DNA from: an uncultured delta proteobacterium
Lineage (GTDB): Bacteria > Desulfobacterota > Binatia > UBA9968
Length of the DNA stretch: 64,000 nucleotides
Reading direction: 5' to 3'
Assembly (NCBI GenBank): GCA_963771465.1
Contig: CAVYTU010000015.1
Span: 896,001 to 960,000 of the forward strand
Shown: in pieces, positions 19,257 to 29,124 of the stretch
Layout: each line of letters starts with the position of its first letter
Position numbering within the stretch: the stretch's first letter is position 1
Made by a program: the position numbers and the translations under genes
The notes under the pieces: generated by a model
What the model was told of the DNA's origin: nothing
Database searches by the model: none
What the model saw: only the letters and a program-made list of their open reading frames with translations

Positions 19257-20344
19257 AGCTCGGACTCTTCGATCACATGCAAAAACACGACAACCCGGCC
19301 CGTACCTACGTCGACCTGTACAAAAATCATCTCGAAGTTGTGGCATGCGCCGATCAGGCCGGTATGGATTTTTATTTTGTCGCCGAACACCATTTCGACA
19401 TGGGCTTCTCCGAGTGCCCCAGTCCCGGCAGTTTTCTCGGCGCCGCCTCGCAGCGCACGAAGCAAATTCGTCTGGGCCCGCTAGTCTACGTCTTACCGCT
19501 GTGGCATCCGGTGCGCGTCGCCGAAGAAGTCGCGCTGCTCGACAATCTCACCGAAGGGCGCTTGGAGTGCGGCATTGGCGCCGGCATCGGCCCTTTTAGC
19601 TTCGCCGCTTACAATATTCCTTGGGATCAGAAGCGCGAGATGACACTGGAAGCGTTGCACATCATCAAAGGCATCTGGACCCATGAGACGTTCAGCTACG
19701 AAGGCAAATATTTCAAATGCAAAGACATCGACTCCTCGATCCCGCTGGTGCAAAAGCCTTACCCGCCGTTATGGATGCCGACGCGCAGCAAAGATTCGAT
19801 CGAAGAAGCCGCCTCCACCGGCGTCAGCACGGTTCAGTGGGTGCCGGCAGGGATGAAGGCGGCGCGCAAAGCGTTCGATGAATATCGGGAAGTCTACCAA
19901 AAAGCGAAACCCCCTGGGCCAAAGCCGCATATCGGTCTAATGCGCGAAATCTACGTCGCGGAAAGCGATCAGCAAGCACGCGCCGACGGCGAATATCACT
20001 GGAAGAATTTCTGGCAACGGCGCGGTGGCGCGCGTACCTACGGCGCCCACGGCTCCACGGGGCTGTCGACGATTCTCGATGGCGGTCGACGACAGGAATT
20101 AATGGACATGGAACATTCCATCAGCGAAGGTTCGTTTATCTGTGGCTCGCCGGAAACGGTGGTGCGGCAAATCGAGAAAATCGCCAGCGACGCCGGCGCC
20201 GATACGTTTCTCGGCGAGTTTACCTTCGGCGAACTGACTCAGAAGCAAGCCCTGAACTCGCTCCGTCTGTTCACCGAACAAGTCATGCCGGAGCTGAGAA
20301 AGTTCGACATCGATGCACTGAATTATCCGAAGGCGGACACGTAG
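19253..20344 (+). CDS. LLM class flavin-dependent oxidoreductase
   Basis: MKLGLFDH, AEHHF, QRTKQIRLG, HPVRVAEE, GRLECGIGAG, VQKPYPPLW motifs. Confidence 0.92.
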   Translation: MKLGLFDHMQKHDNPARTYVDLYKNHLEVVACADQAGMDFYFVAEHHFDMGFSECPSPGSFLGAASQRTKQIRLGPLVYVLPLWHPVRVAEEVALLDNLTEGRLECGIGAGIGPFSFAAYNIPWDQKREMTLEALHIIKGIWTHETFSYEGKYFKCKDIDSSIPLVQKPYPPLWMPTRSKDSIEEAASTGVSTVQWVPAGMKAARKAFDEYREVYQKAKPPGPKPHIGLMREIYVAESDQQARADGEYHWKNFWQRRGGARTYGAHGSTGLSTILDGGRRQELMDMEHSISEGSFICGSPETVVRQIEKIASDAGADTFLGEFTFGELTQKQALNSLRLFTEQVMPELRKFDIDALNYPKADT

Positions 20345-20353
20345 CAATGTCGC

Positions 20354-22486
20354 TCACTCCCCAAACAACTCATTGACCAAAAACGTATACGCCAGCGCCG
20401 ACATATACGCCAGCTGCTTGTTGTCCGCCGCGCCGCCGTGGCCGCCTTCGATATTTTCGTAGTAAAGCACATCGTGACCCTGTGCCTTCATCTTGGCGAA
20501 CATCTTGCGCGCGTGCGCCGGATGGACGCGGTCGTCGCGCGTCGAGGTGGTGAACAGCACACGGGGATATTTTTTACCGCTGGCGACATTGTGATAGGGC
20601 GAATACTTACGGATGTATTCCCACTCCTCCGACTTGTCGGGATCGCCGTACTCATCCATCCAACTGGCGCCGGCTAGTAATTTATTGAAACGCCGCATGT
20701 CAAGGAGCGGCACCTGGCAGACCACGGCTTTGAACAGATCGTGCCGCTGTGTCAGCGCCACGCCGACCAGTAAACCACCGTTGGAACCGCCTTGGATGCC
20801 AAGGTGATTCGGCGAAGTCACTTTGCGTGCGATCAAGTCTTCGGCGACGGCGATGAAATCGTCGAAGGCGCGCTGGCGATGTTCCTTGCGCGCGGCGTAA
20901 TGCCAGTTAGGCCCAAACTCGCCGCCGCCGCGAATATTGGCGACCACGTACACGCCGCCTCTTTCCAGCCAAGCGGCGCCGACGCTCGCGCTGTAATTGG
21001 GCAGCAATGAAATCGCAAATCCGCCGTAGCCGTAAAGCAGGGTCGGATTTTTGCCGTTTAGTTGAATCTCCCTCTTGCCCACGAGAAAGTACGGAATTTT
21101 CGTTCCATCTTTTGAAACCGACTCATACTGATTGATTTGCAAACCATCCGCCTTAAAAAAAGCCGGCAAGTTTTTTAGCTTTTCCTGTTCCGCTCGACCG
21201 ATTGCGCCTAAATAGAGACTCGACGGCGTCAAGTAGTCATTGGCGGTCATAAAGTAATCATCCGATTCATCGGCATCGACTCCACGCGCGCGCACGGAAC
21301 CGAACGCCGGCGTCGCCAATTGAATGCGCGCCCACTGGCCGCTATCGCGCTTGAGCGCATAAACTTTGCTGCGCACGTTGTCGAGCTCGTTGAGAATCAA
21401 GTAGTTCTTCGTCGCACTCGTGCTCGATAGCGCTCTGCGCTCACTGGGTTCGAAAAGGACGGCGAACTCCCGCGCACCGCCCAAATACCTCCCGAAATCA
21501 GCGGCGAGCAGAGATCCGGCACGGTACGTTTTGCCGCCAACCGTCCAATCCGAGCGCAGCCGCAGCAGAATCTGATCCATGAAAGTTTCGACGCGCGCAT
21601 CGGCCGGTTTGTCGATCTTGACCCACTCATCGCGGCGACGAATCGACAGCTCACTCGTGAAAAATGTCAGGCCACGCGACATGAATTCATAAATTCGGCC
21701 ATGATCGTGGATCACGCTCGCGGTGACGCTCACGTCTTCCACTTTCCCTTCGAAGATTGTTTTCGCTTCTTGGATCGTCGCGCCGCGCCGCCACTCTTTA
21801 ACGATGCGCGGATAACCGGAGCTGGTCAGCGAACCGGCGCCAGCCTCGGTGCCGACATAGATCGAATCACGATTGCGCCAGGCCACCCGGCTCTTGGCCT
21901 CAGGCAACTTGAAACCATCGGCGACAAACTGCTTGGCATTGACATCGAACTCGCGCATCACCGCGGCGTCGGCGCCACCGCGCGAGAGAAAAATCAACGC
22001 GCGGTCATGGGTCGGCAGCAGAATGTCGGCATCCTTCCAAACCCAGTTTTCCTTCTCTGATTCCGCCAGCTGATCGAGATCGATTAGCGTTTCCCACGCG
22101 GGCTCGGCCTTGCGATACTCCTCAAGAGTGGTTCGCCGCCACACGCCGCGGACATGCCGCGCATCACGCCAAAAGTTGTAATAAAACTCGCCGCGCTTGC
22201 TGATGTTAGGAATGCGCTCGTCGGATTCGTAGATCGACAGCAATCGCCCGCGCAGGCGGTCGAAACCATCGGCCGTTTCAAGTGTCGCCTGACTCGCTGC
22301 GTTTTGCTCGCGTACCCAAGCCAAGGGGCGATCGCCGCCGACATCTTCGAGCCAGAGAAATGGATCTTCATCCGAATTTTGGTTTGGCGTTGACACCGGT
22401 GACGCGCTCATCGACGGATCGATCGAAATCTGAGTTAGCAGAGCCAAAGCGACAGCAACGATTAAAATCTTAATAGTTCCTATCAT
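20354..22486 (-). CDS. Prolyl oligopeptidase (S9A), secreted
   Basis: DPFLWLE, LLYGYGGF, NIRGGGEFG, GGSNGG (catalytic Ser), DDRVHP (Asp), GGHG (His); signal peptide. Confidence 0.95.
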   Translation of the reverse strand: MIGTIKILIVAVALALLTQISIDPSMSASPVSTPNQNSDEDPFLWLEDVGGDRPLAWVREQNAASQATLETADGFDRLRGRLLSIYESDERIPNISKRGEFYYNFWRDARHVRGVWRRTTLEEYRKAEPAWETLIDLDQLAESEKENWVWKDADILLPTHDRALIFLSRGGADAAVMREFDVNAKQFVADGFKLPEAKSRVAWRNRDSIYVGTEAGAGSLTSSGYPRIVKEWRRGATIQEAKTIFEGKVEDVSVTASVIHDHGRIYEFMSRGLTFFTSELSIRRRDEWVKIDKPADARVETFMDQILLRLRSDWTVGGKTYRAGSLLAADFGRYLGGAREFAVLFEPSERRALSSTSATKNYLILNELDNVRSKVYALKRDSGQWARIQLATPAFGSVRARGVDADESDDYFMTANDYLTPSSLYLGAIGRAEQEKLKNLPAFFKADGLQINQYESVSKDGTKIPYFLVGKREIQLNGKNPTLLYGYGGFAISLLPNYSASVGAAWLERGGVYVVANIRGGGEFGPNWHYAARKEHRQRAFDDFIAVAEDLIARKVTSPNHLGIQGGSNGGLLVGVALTQRHDLFKAVVCQVPLLDMRRFNKLLAGASWMDEYGDPDKSEEWEYIRKYSPYHNVASGKKYPRVLFTTSTRDDRVHPAHARKMFAKMKAQGHDVLYYENIEGGHGGAADNKQLAYMSALAYTFLVNELFGE

Positions 22487-22767
22487 CGAATGGCCGAAAG
22501 CGGAACGCCTATAAAATCGGCGTTCATAAAAATTGGCGGCGTGGGAAGTATAGTATCTTGTTGGGGTCGATTGAAACTGTCTATTGCGTCATTTCGATCG
22601 CCACGCGGTAACTCGGCAAGCGCTAACCTCCGGAAAAATCCTGTGGGTAGATCAAAAAAGCGTCTGGTAATTCCACGGCACGCGGTCCTTGCCTTTGTAG
22701 ATCGCCGGGTAGAGATCGATCAAATGAGTTCCCGCTTCGCCGGTAGCGATCCGGTAAGAAATGCTAA

Positions 22768-23139
22768 TCAACCGGCGGCGAACTTCTTCGGCCGAATCAC
22801 CGCGCGACGGTGCTTGCCCTCGCCGATCTTGACCCCAGCATCGTTGATGGCCGACACGGCGTAGCGAATTTTGTTGCCATCGATCTCCAATATTTCCGCG
22901 GTCACGGTCACGCTCTGGCCGATCTTGGTCGGCGCCAGGTGATACACGTCGACGTGCATGCCGACCGTATTTTCGCCCTCGTCCAAGTACGGCGCCGTCA
23001 AACGCACGCAAGTTCCTTCCATCAAACCGATCATCGCCGGCGTCGAAAACACATCGGCAGTCAATTGCGTCGCGCGCATCTGCGCAGTCGTCTCGTAGGT
23101 CTGCGTATGCGTTAATCCGGGTTTGAGTTCACTCTTCAT
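22768..23139 (-). CDS. FlK-like hotdog-fold thioesterase
   Basis: VFSTPAMIGLME, TVG, HLAPT, IGEGKHRRA motifs. Confidence 0.88.
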   Translation of the reverse strand: MKSELKPGLTHTQTYETTAQMRATQLTADVFSTPAMIGLMEGTCVRLTAPYLDEGENTVGMHVDVYHLAPTKIGQSVTVTAEILEIDGNKIRYAVSAINDAGVKIGEGKHRRAVIRPKKFAAG

Positions 23140-23167
23140 GTTGCTAATGACTTAGTTGGCGGCGCCG

Positions 23168-23983
23168 TTATTTTTTGCTGGGCGTTAGCACCAATAACTG
23201 CTTCTCTGAATCCACCGCAATTTGAAAGCGGCTAAGGAAATCGAACCCTAACAACCCTTCGTAACTCGGATCAGGCGAAAAATCGTGAACGCTCACCCGC
23301 ATACTCTTCTGTCCGGCCGTGCCAACCTTGATCGCCTCAACCAGGCCAACGTCCGTTGACACAGTACCGCCAATTCCATAACTTCGTCCCGAAGCGATAG
23401 ATAGCAACCTCAACTCTCTAGCTATTCGCTTCGATATCGTCGTTTGGGACGCACCGGTATCCATCACAAGATTGCCAATGACACTGCTATTACCGTTGTA
23501 GAATGTGACCGGCACTACCACCAAGTTACGTAGGATCTTGACGGGAATCGTGATTGCGCCCGTCGCAGACGCTGTCGTCGCAGCCTCTGGTGCGCTGCTC
23601 GCAGGTCCAATCATCACCGCATTCCTCGGCATCGCGCGAAAGTGATCGTCAACTTTCCTCGCTTCAGCGTTGTCGCTCCCCTTGATCCAGCCGACGTTGC
23701 CCGCGCTAGTCTTCACCATAAACCATTTCATTCCGCCCGGACCCGTGGTCTCGGCGATCGGCGAAAACGCGCCGCCATCGCGGACCGATTCAATTGGCAG
23801 TGAAAATTCGTCGGCTGCCGTATAAACCATCACTTCGTTCGCTTTCGCCGGCGCCTGCGCGCTCGCCGCCGCGCGCGCATCGCGCGGAGCGGCACTCACA
23901 GAAGTCAAAGCAAAGACGGCAACGGCGCTTAAAAGCGCCGCGCGGTCGAAAAAAGATTGCTGGCGATCACAGCGAATTATCAT
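23168..23983 (-). CDS. Secreted retropepsin-like aspartic protease with N-terminal SH3-like domain
   Basis: DTGAS and GLLGFDFL motifs; N-terminal WFMVKTSAGNVGWI; signal peptide. Confidence 0.82.
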   Translation of the reverse strand: MIIRCDRQQSFFDRAALLSAVAVFALTSVSAAPRDARAAASAQAPAKANEVMVYTAADEFSLPIESVRDGGAFSPIAETTGPGGMKWFMVKTSAGNVGWIKGSDNAEARKVDDHFRAMPRNAVMIGPASSAPEAATTASATGAITIPVKILRNLVVVPVTFYNGNSSVIGNLVMDTGASQTTISKRIARELRLLSIASGRSYGIGGTVSTDVGLVEAIKVGTAGQKSMRVSVHDFSPDPSYEGLLGFDFLSRFQIAVDSEKQLLVLTPSKK

Positions 23984-24123
23984 AAACGATATTCTCCTTT
24001 TCGTTGCTCACTCGAAATGGGTCAACAGCGGCTGCCGATAGTTCATCGCCGCGCAGCCATCGATTTATTAGGTGGTGCGATGATACCACGCATTCAGACC
24101 CGAAGGCTCGAAAAATCTTAACG

Positions 24124-25440
24124 CTACGCGCCGGCCAGTTCGACCACTTCGCCCAACTCTGATTTCTCCGCATTGCGACGATCGATTGTGAGAGCGAGGC
24201 ATGCGGCGACGAGTCCCAGGCAACCGCCGATCAGAAAAGCGTAATGATAGTCGCCGAAGTGAACTCTGACCCAACCGCCGAGGATGGCGGCGGAAGCGCC
24301 GCCGAGCTGATGGAAAACAAAGACCGTGCCGAAAATGCTGCCGACGCGCTCCGAACCGAAGGTGCGCGCGATGATCGTCGTGGTCGCCGGGCCCGAAGCG
24401 TACCAGTCGAGACCGTAAAGCACGGCGAACATGAATAATCCCGTCGACTCGGAAACTTGCGTTAACAAAAGCAATGCCGTGCCACGCAGCGCGTACACGA
24501 CCGCAAGGACTTTCCGCGGATCGATACGGTCGACGAGATAACCGGAAAATGTCGTGCCGATGAAACTTGCGCCGCCCATGATGCCCACGGCCGCAGCGGC
24601 GGTGACTTGTGGAATGCCGCGTTCAATGGCGTGGGGAATGAGATGCGTGCCGATGAGACCGTTGGCAGTCACGCCGCAGATGAAAAAGCAGCCGGCAAGA
24701 ATCCAAAACGTCGAAGTTCTAATCACCTCCGACATCGCCGTCATCGACATCGGCCGAATAACGCCACGAGTGTAACCGCCGGATCGTTTTGGCGAGACGC
24801 TTCCCTGGCCGGATCGGTATGGCTCAAGACCAACATCGGAAGGATTGTCGCGCATCCAGAACCAGATCGCCGGGAGCAGCAAAGCCGCGGTCACCGTGAT
24901 CATCGTCAGCGCGCTGCGCCAGCCGGCGACAAGGATAACCGACATCAGCAACGGCAGAAAAACAATTTGCCCGGCGGCATTGGCATTGGTCATGATCCCG
25001 ATCGCCAAGCCGCGCCGGTCGACGAACCAGCGCGCCGCGATACTTGCACCGAGCGCCGGCGTGATGCCCGTCGCGATGCCTAAAACGACGCCCCAGAGTA
25101 AAATCAGTTGCCAAAGTTGCTGCACGAACACCACGCCGGTGAGTCCCACCGCCATACTCATGAGACTGCCAAGAATGACGCGGCGCGGGCCGAAGCGATC
25201 GATCAACCAGCCGCCCACCGGTGCGAACAATCCCAAAAGCAAAAGATTGAGACTTGCAGCCGAAGCGATCTCCGTCCGGGTCCAACCAAACTCAGCTTCG
25301 AGCGGATGGATCAGCACTGAAGGCGCCGACCGAATGCCAGCGGCGGTGAGGTTAGCAAAGAAACTTAGGAGAACAACGAACCAGCCGTAATAGATAGGAC
25401 AGAGGGTTAGAATGCGCTGCGATTTTTGATCACTGTCCAT
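24124..25440 (-). CDS. MFS transporter
   Basis: YYGWFVV, GWLIDRFGPRR, WFVDRRGLA motifs; 12-TM pattern. Confidence 0.92.
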   Translation of the reverse strand: MDSDQKSQRILTLCPIYYGWFVVLLSFFANLTAAGIRSAPSVLIHPLEAEFGWTRTEIASAASLNLLLLGLFAPVGGWLIDRFGPRRVILGSLMSMAVGLTGVVFVQQLWQLILLWGVVLGIATGITPALGASIAARWFVDRRGLAIGIMTNANAAGQIVFLPLLMSVILVAGWRSALTMITVTAALLLPAIWFWMRDNPSDVGLEPYRSGQGSVSPKRSGGYTRGVIRPMSMTAMSEVIRTSTFWILAGCFFICGVTANGLIGTHLIPHAIERGIPQVTAAAAVGIMGGASFIGTTFSGYLVDRIDPRKVLAVVYALRGTALLLLTQVSESTGLFMFAVLYGLDWYASGPATTTIIARTFGSERVGSIFGTVFVFHQLGGASAAILGGWVRVHFGDYHYAFLIGGCLGLVAACLALTIDRRNAEKSELGEVVELAGA

Positions 25441-25599
25441 CTGCACCCTGTAACACAAAACCCGAGGCCGTAGAATCGCCAGCGCAGCAGCCGACACATC
25501 AGAGCGTTTTCGCTTTGGCTAGACTTGCGAGCTTTCTGATCCTGCGCCAGTCAGGATTTTTCCCGGAATGACATTTTAAAATGTTTTGCGGCGCGACTT

Positions 25600-26619
25600 T
25601 TACAAATCTTTGAGCGCCGGCATCACCCGCTCGGCAAACAAACGAAGATTCTTCAGCGCCATCTCCTGGGGCATGCCGCCGAAATGAAAGGTGCCGGAAA
25701 AAGTCGTGATGCCGGCTTCTTCATGCCAGCGCTGGATGGTGTCGCCGCACCGCTGGGGATCGCCAATGATGATAAAGCCGCGCGCCATGTCCGCGCCGAT
25801 GTCGCGCTCGCTGAGCTTGCGCGTCGGATCCACCGCCGTGTGAATGTCGCTGTAGTTTTTCATGAACGGCGCCGCCTCGCGCATACCACGCTCAAAACTA
25901 TCCGAGACATAGATGTGAAACTTGCCGAGCACTTCGCGTTTGACGAAGTCGTGGCCGGCGCGCGCCAGCTCGTCGCGGTACATTTTCACTAATTCGCGCA
26001 GCGCATGAGTGCTCGGATGCACGAACGGCACGGTCATCAGCTCGTAACCGCTTTTGCCCGCCCAGCGAAACGTCTCTTCGCTACGCGTCGCTCCGACCCA
26101 GATATTAGGATGCGGCCGCTGCACCGGCTTGGGTAAAATGTCGACACCGTCGTAATTGTAAAACTCGCCGTGAAAGTTTACCGGCTGATCCGACCAAGCC
26201 TGGCGAATGATCTCGGCGCATTCGGTAAAGCGCGCCGTCCCCTCGTCACGGTTCATGGCGAATTTTCTATACTCCACCGGCTCACTGCCCTTGCCGATAC
26301 CGAAATCCAACCGACCGCCGGAGATCACATCGGCCATCGCGTAGGCTTCGGCCAGCTGTAGTGGATTGTGCAGCGGCAATACCGCCACCGCAACGCCGAG
26401 GCGAATACGCGCCGTCTTGCACGCGACCGCCGACAGGAAAGTCGGCGGATGCGGCAAGCTGCCGCCGTAGCCGCCAAAATGATGTTCAGTGATCCAAGCT
26501 TGATCGAAGCCGAGCTTTTCCACTTCGATGATCTGATCGAACATTTGCTGGTAAAAATCCGGCAACGGACCTTCGACTTCCGGCATGTAGGTCGGCAGAA
26601 TGTGAATGCCAAATTTCAT
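25600..26619 (-). CDS. LLM class flavin-dependent oxidoreductase
   Basis: TEHHFGGYGG, IRLGVAV, SGGRLDFGIGKG, PKPVQRPHP motifs. Confidence 0.92.
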   Translation of the reverse strand: MKFGIHILPTYMPEVEGPLPDFYQQMFDQIIEVEKLGFDQAWITEHHFGGYGGSLPHPPTFLSAVACKTARIRLGVAVAVLPLHNPLQLAEAYAMADVISGGRLDFGIGKGSEPVEYRKFAMNRDEGTARFTECAEIIRQAWSDQPVNFHGEFYNYDGVDILPKPVQRPHPNIWVGATRSEETFRWAGKSGYELMTVPFVHPSTHALRELVKMYRDELARAGHDFVKREVLGKFHIYVSDSFERGMREAAPFMKNYSDIHTAVDPTRKLSERDIGADMARGFIIIGDPQRCGDTIQRWHEEAGITTFSGTFHFGGMPQEMALKNLRLFAERVMPALKDL

Positions 26620-26771
26620 CTAATCTCCATCGGTGGTCTATCCGGACCGGGCGAAATAACATCCGTCATCTCCCTTGCCGGCCCGCTCGCCTCCGCCAAC
26701 GGCGCCGGCGCGCAAGGCAATTGACTAACCCAGCGAAGCCGGGGGCATCATTCGAGTACGCCTCGCGACTC

Positions 26772-27797
26772 TTAGAACAGAATCGTTTTCAGTTTGGCTA
26801 AAATCCCCGGGTCCAGCTTGAAAATCCCGTCCACGGTTTTCTTCATGTCATCGGCGGTCACCGGCGCCAGCCCGATCTTGGCCTTATCCGCCTCTCCGAT
26901 GAAGTCCGGATCTTTGACCGTCTCTTGCAACGCTTTTTGCAGAATCTGCGCGCGATCGTTCGGTGTCCCAGGCGGCAGTGCTAGTGTCTTGGTGATCTTA
27001 CTCGGAAAGTGTATGCCGACCTCGATCAATTGCTTTGCCTCCGGTGTCTTGGCGAAATCGATGGCAAGCGGAACCTTTGCCAAGTCGGGAAATGGTTTCG
27101 GCACGGTTTGCAACACGACGACCACCGTTCCCGTGTCGAGCGCTTTTTGCCATGTGCCGCGCATCGAGTCCCAACCCCAGGTCGTACCGTCGATCTCGCC
27201 GCTCTCTGCGGCCAAGCGCATGTCCGCCGTGCCTTTGTAGCCGGAAATGATTTGGATCGGCAAGTTGAGCGCCGCTTTGATGACTTTGATGACGTTGTCG
27301 GTGCCGAAGGCGCCCGGTCCTGTCGTGCCGAGTTTTACTGGAGTCTTAGCAGCGAACCATCGCTCCATGCTGGTGATGCCGCTCGCCTTGGTCAGCGCGA
27401 TGGCGCTTTCGTCGCGCGCCACGGCGCCGACGTAAACGAATTTCTGTGTGTCGAGTTCGATTCCCGGCTGTCCCATCACCTGATTGAATGCGAAGCCGCC
27501 GCTGAAATGACCCATCGTCAGGCCATCAGGTTTGGCGACTTTGTAGATGTGATTGGCCGCGAGCAAGCTTCCCGCGCCGGTCATGTTCTCAACGAGAATC
27601 GTCGGCTGGCCGGGAATATATTTGGGCATATGGCGCGACAGCATGCGCGCCAAGGCATCGTAGCCGCCGCCGGGCGAAAAACCGACGATAATACGAATCG
27701 CTTTACCCTGATAAAAATCGGATTGCGCGATTGCAATCGTTGTGCTCGAAAGAAACAAACTCGCCAGCGCCGTCAGCGCAAAGAATATTTTCACCAT
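26772..27797 (-). CDS. Bug/TctC tripartite tricarboxylate transporter substrate-binding protein
   Basis: FYQGKAIRIIVGFSPGGGYD, VENMTGAG, KPDGLT, GYKG, PPGTP motifs; signal peptide. Confidence 0.92.
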   Translation of the reverse strand: MVKIFFALTALASLFLSSTTIAIAQSDFYQGKAIRIIVGFSPGGGYDALARMLSRHMPKYIPGQPTILVENMTGAGSLLAANHIYKVAKPDGLTMGHFSGGFAFNQVMGQPGIELDTQKFVYVGAVARDESAIALTKASGITSMERWFAAKTPVKLGTTGPGAFGTDNVIKVIKAALNLPIQIISGYKGTADMRLAAESGEIDGTTWGWDSMRGTWQKALDTGTVVVVLQTVPKPFPDLAKVPLAIDFAKTPEAKQLIEVGIHFPSKITKTLALPPGTPNDRAQILQKALQETVKDPDFIGEADKAKIGLAPVTADDMKKTVDGIFKLDPGILAKLKTILF

Positions 27798-28046
27798 GAA
27801 TTCGTCTCCTTGTCTCCGCAACATTCAATAGCGTTTGCGATGGCCAGTCGAGCAATTCAGCGTCATCTGCTCACCGCAATCCTTCACGCCTTTCTCCGCT
27901 GCCAAACTCTCAGAAGGGCAGCGAGAATCGCGGTCGAAAGCGTCACGCGTACGAATCGATGCATGCAATTCTCCGTGCCGCGAAACTAGTGCAAAACCAG
28001 TCCCTCCGTCAAATCGAAAGGCCCCTGCCGAAAGTATTCGTCCGAT

Positions 28047-28084
28047 AATTTGAAATCTGAAATTATCTGAAATTTGTAATTTGG
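28047..28084. repeat. Heptamer-periodic tract (AAT[CT]TGA-like)
   Basis: aatttga aatctga aatt atctga aatttgt aatttgg; same unit at 32327-32354. Confidence 0.6.
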
Positions 28085-28165
28085 CATCGCGTCGCGCGCC
28101 GGTTGACGCCACTTCAGTTCTTTTGTTAAAGCTTGGTCAGCTTCGTTTTAAAGGGAGGCACTGCC

Positions 28166-28666
28166 ATGTCCTTTACGCTCGAATCGTTCGCCTCGGAATG
28201 TCAGCGTATTCTCAAAGCGGACGCCGGCCGCGCCGGCAGAGAAAAAGTCGGCGCTCTCGTCCAGGAAGCGCTCAAAGACGAAAAGTTCATCGCCGCCTAC
28301 GTGAACGACGACACGCCCGATCGCCAGGTGATCTACGAAGACGCGGAACTTGGCTTTTGCGTCTGCGCCCACGTCAATCGCGAAGCGCGCGAAGCCAATC
28401 CGCACGATCATGGCAGCTCTTGGGCGATCTACGGACAGGCTTGGGGTGAAACGGAAATGAGCGACTGGGAAGTTCTCGAAGCCGCCGCCGAAGGCAAGCC
28501 CGGAAAAGTCCGGCGCGGCCAAGTTTACACGCTCAAACCGGGCATGGCGCACATCTATCATGAAGGCGATGTTCACTCGCCCAAACGCACCGCCGCCACC
28601 GGCCTCCTGCGCATCGAAGGGAAAAACACCTCGAAGATGAAACGCTATCCGTACAAGGCGGTGTAA
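28166..28666 (+). CDS. Cupin, cysteine-dioxygenase-like metalloprotein
   Basis: PHDHGSSWAIYG...GDVHSP three-His motif; GGAGG RBS. Confidence 0.8.
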   Translation: MSFTLESFASECQRILKADAGRAGREKVGALVQEALKDEKFIAAYVNDDTPDRQVIYEDAELGFCVCAHVNREAREANPHDHGSSWAIYGQAWGETEMSDWEVLEAAAEGKPGKVRRGQVYTLKPGMAHIYHEGDVHSPKRTAATGLLRIEGKNTSKMKRYPYKAV

Positions 28667-28796
28667 TAAGACACCGACAGTAGCTGTACCCTTGCGGCGT
28701 CGATGCCACTACTAGAACCAAAGCCGCGACATGCTCACAGTGCGACAAAACTAACTGACGCACCATTCCTGCTTGTTCTCTGCAAGCGTTCACGAC

Positions 28797-29099
28797 TTAC
28801 CTCCCCGCGTGTTGAATCACTTCATGCATCTCGAAAACATTGGGACCGGCGAAGATTTCGGATGGCGGGCGATTGCGGTGCGCCTCCTTAAACTCAGCAC
28901 TATCGGTCCAGGCGCGAAACGAGGCTTCGTCCGTCCAGTGCGTAAGCACAATGTAGTAATCGCTCTTGATCGGACGAAGAATTTCCAAGCGCACAAAGCC
29001 CGGCATGTTCTCGACTAATCTCGCCCGGCCTTCAAAACGTTTTTCGAATTCCGCTTCCTGTCCCTTGGCAACTTGCAGGCGATTGGATACAGCGATCAT
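28797..29099 (-). CDS. Antibiotic biosynthesis monooxygenase family protein (IsdG/HmoA-like)
   Basis: NRLQV..G.E.EFE.RF, MPGF, W....F.AW..S.EF.EAH motifs. Confidence 0.88.
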   Translation of the reverse strand: MIAVSNRLQVAKGQEAEFEKRFEGRARLVENMPGFVRLEILRPIKSDYYIVLTHWTDEASFRAWTDSAEFKEAHRNRPPSEIFAGPNVFEMHEVIQHAGR

Positions 29100-29124
29100 G
29101 CTACTATCCTCCTTTCCCTGTGAA

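Noticed and set aside
22652-22767. Minus-strand peptide GTHLIDLYPAIYKGKDRVPWNYQTLF as a gene remnant
   Set aside because: Looks protein-like but has no start and no family I can recognise
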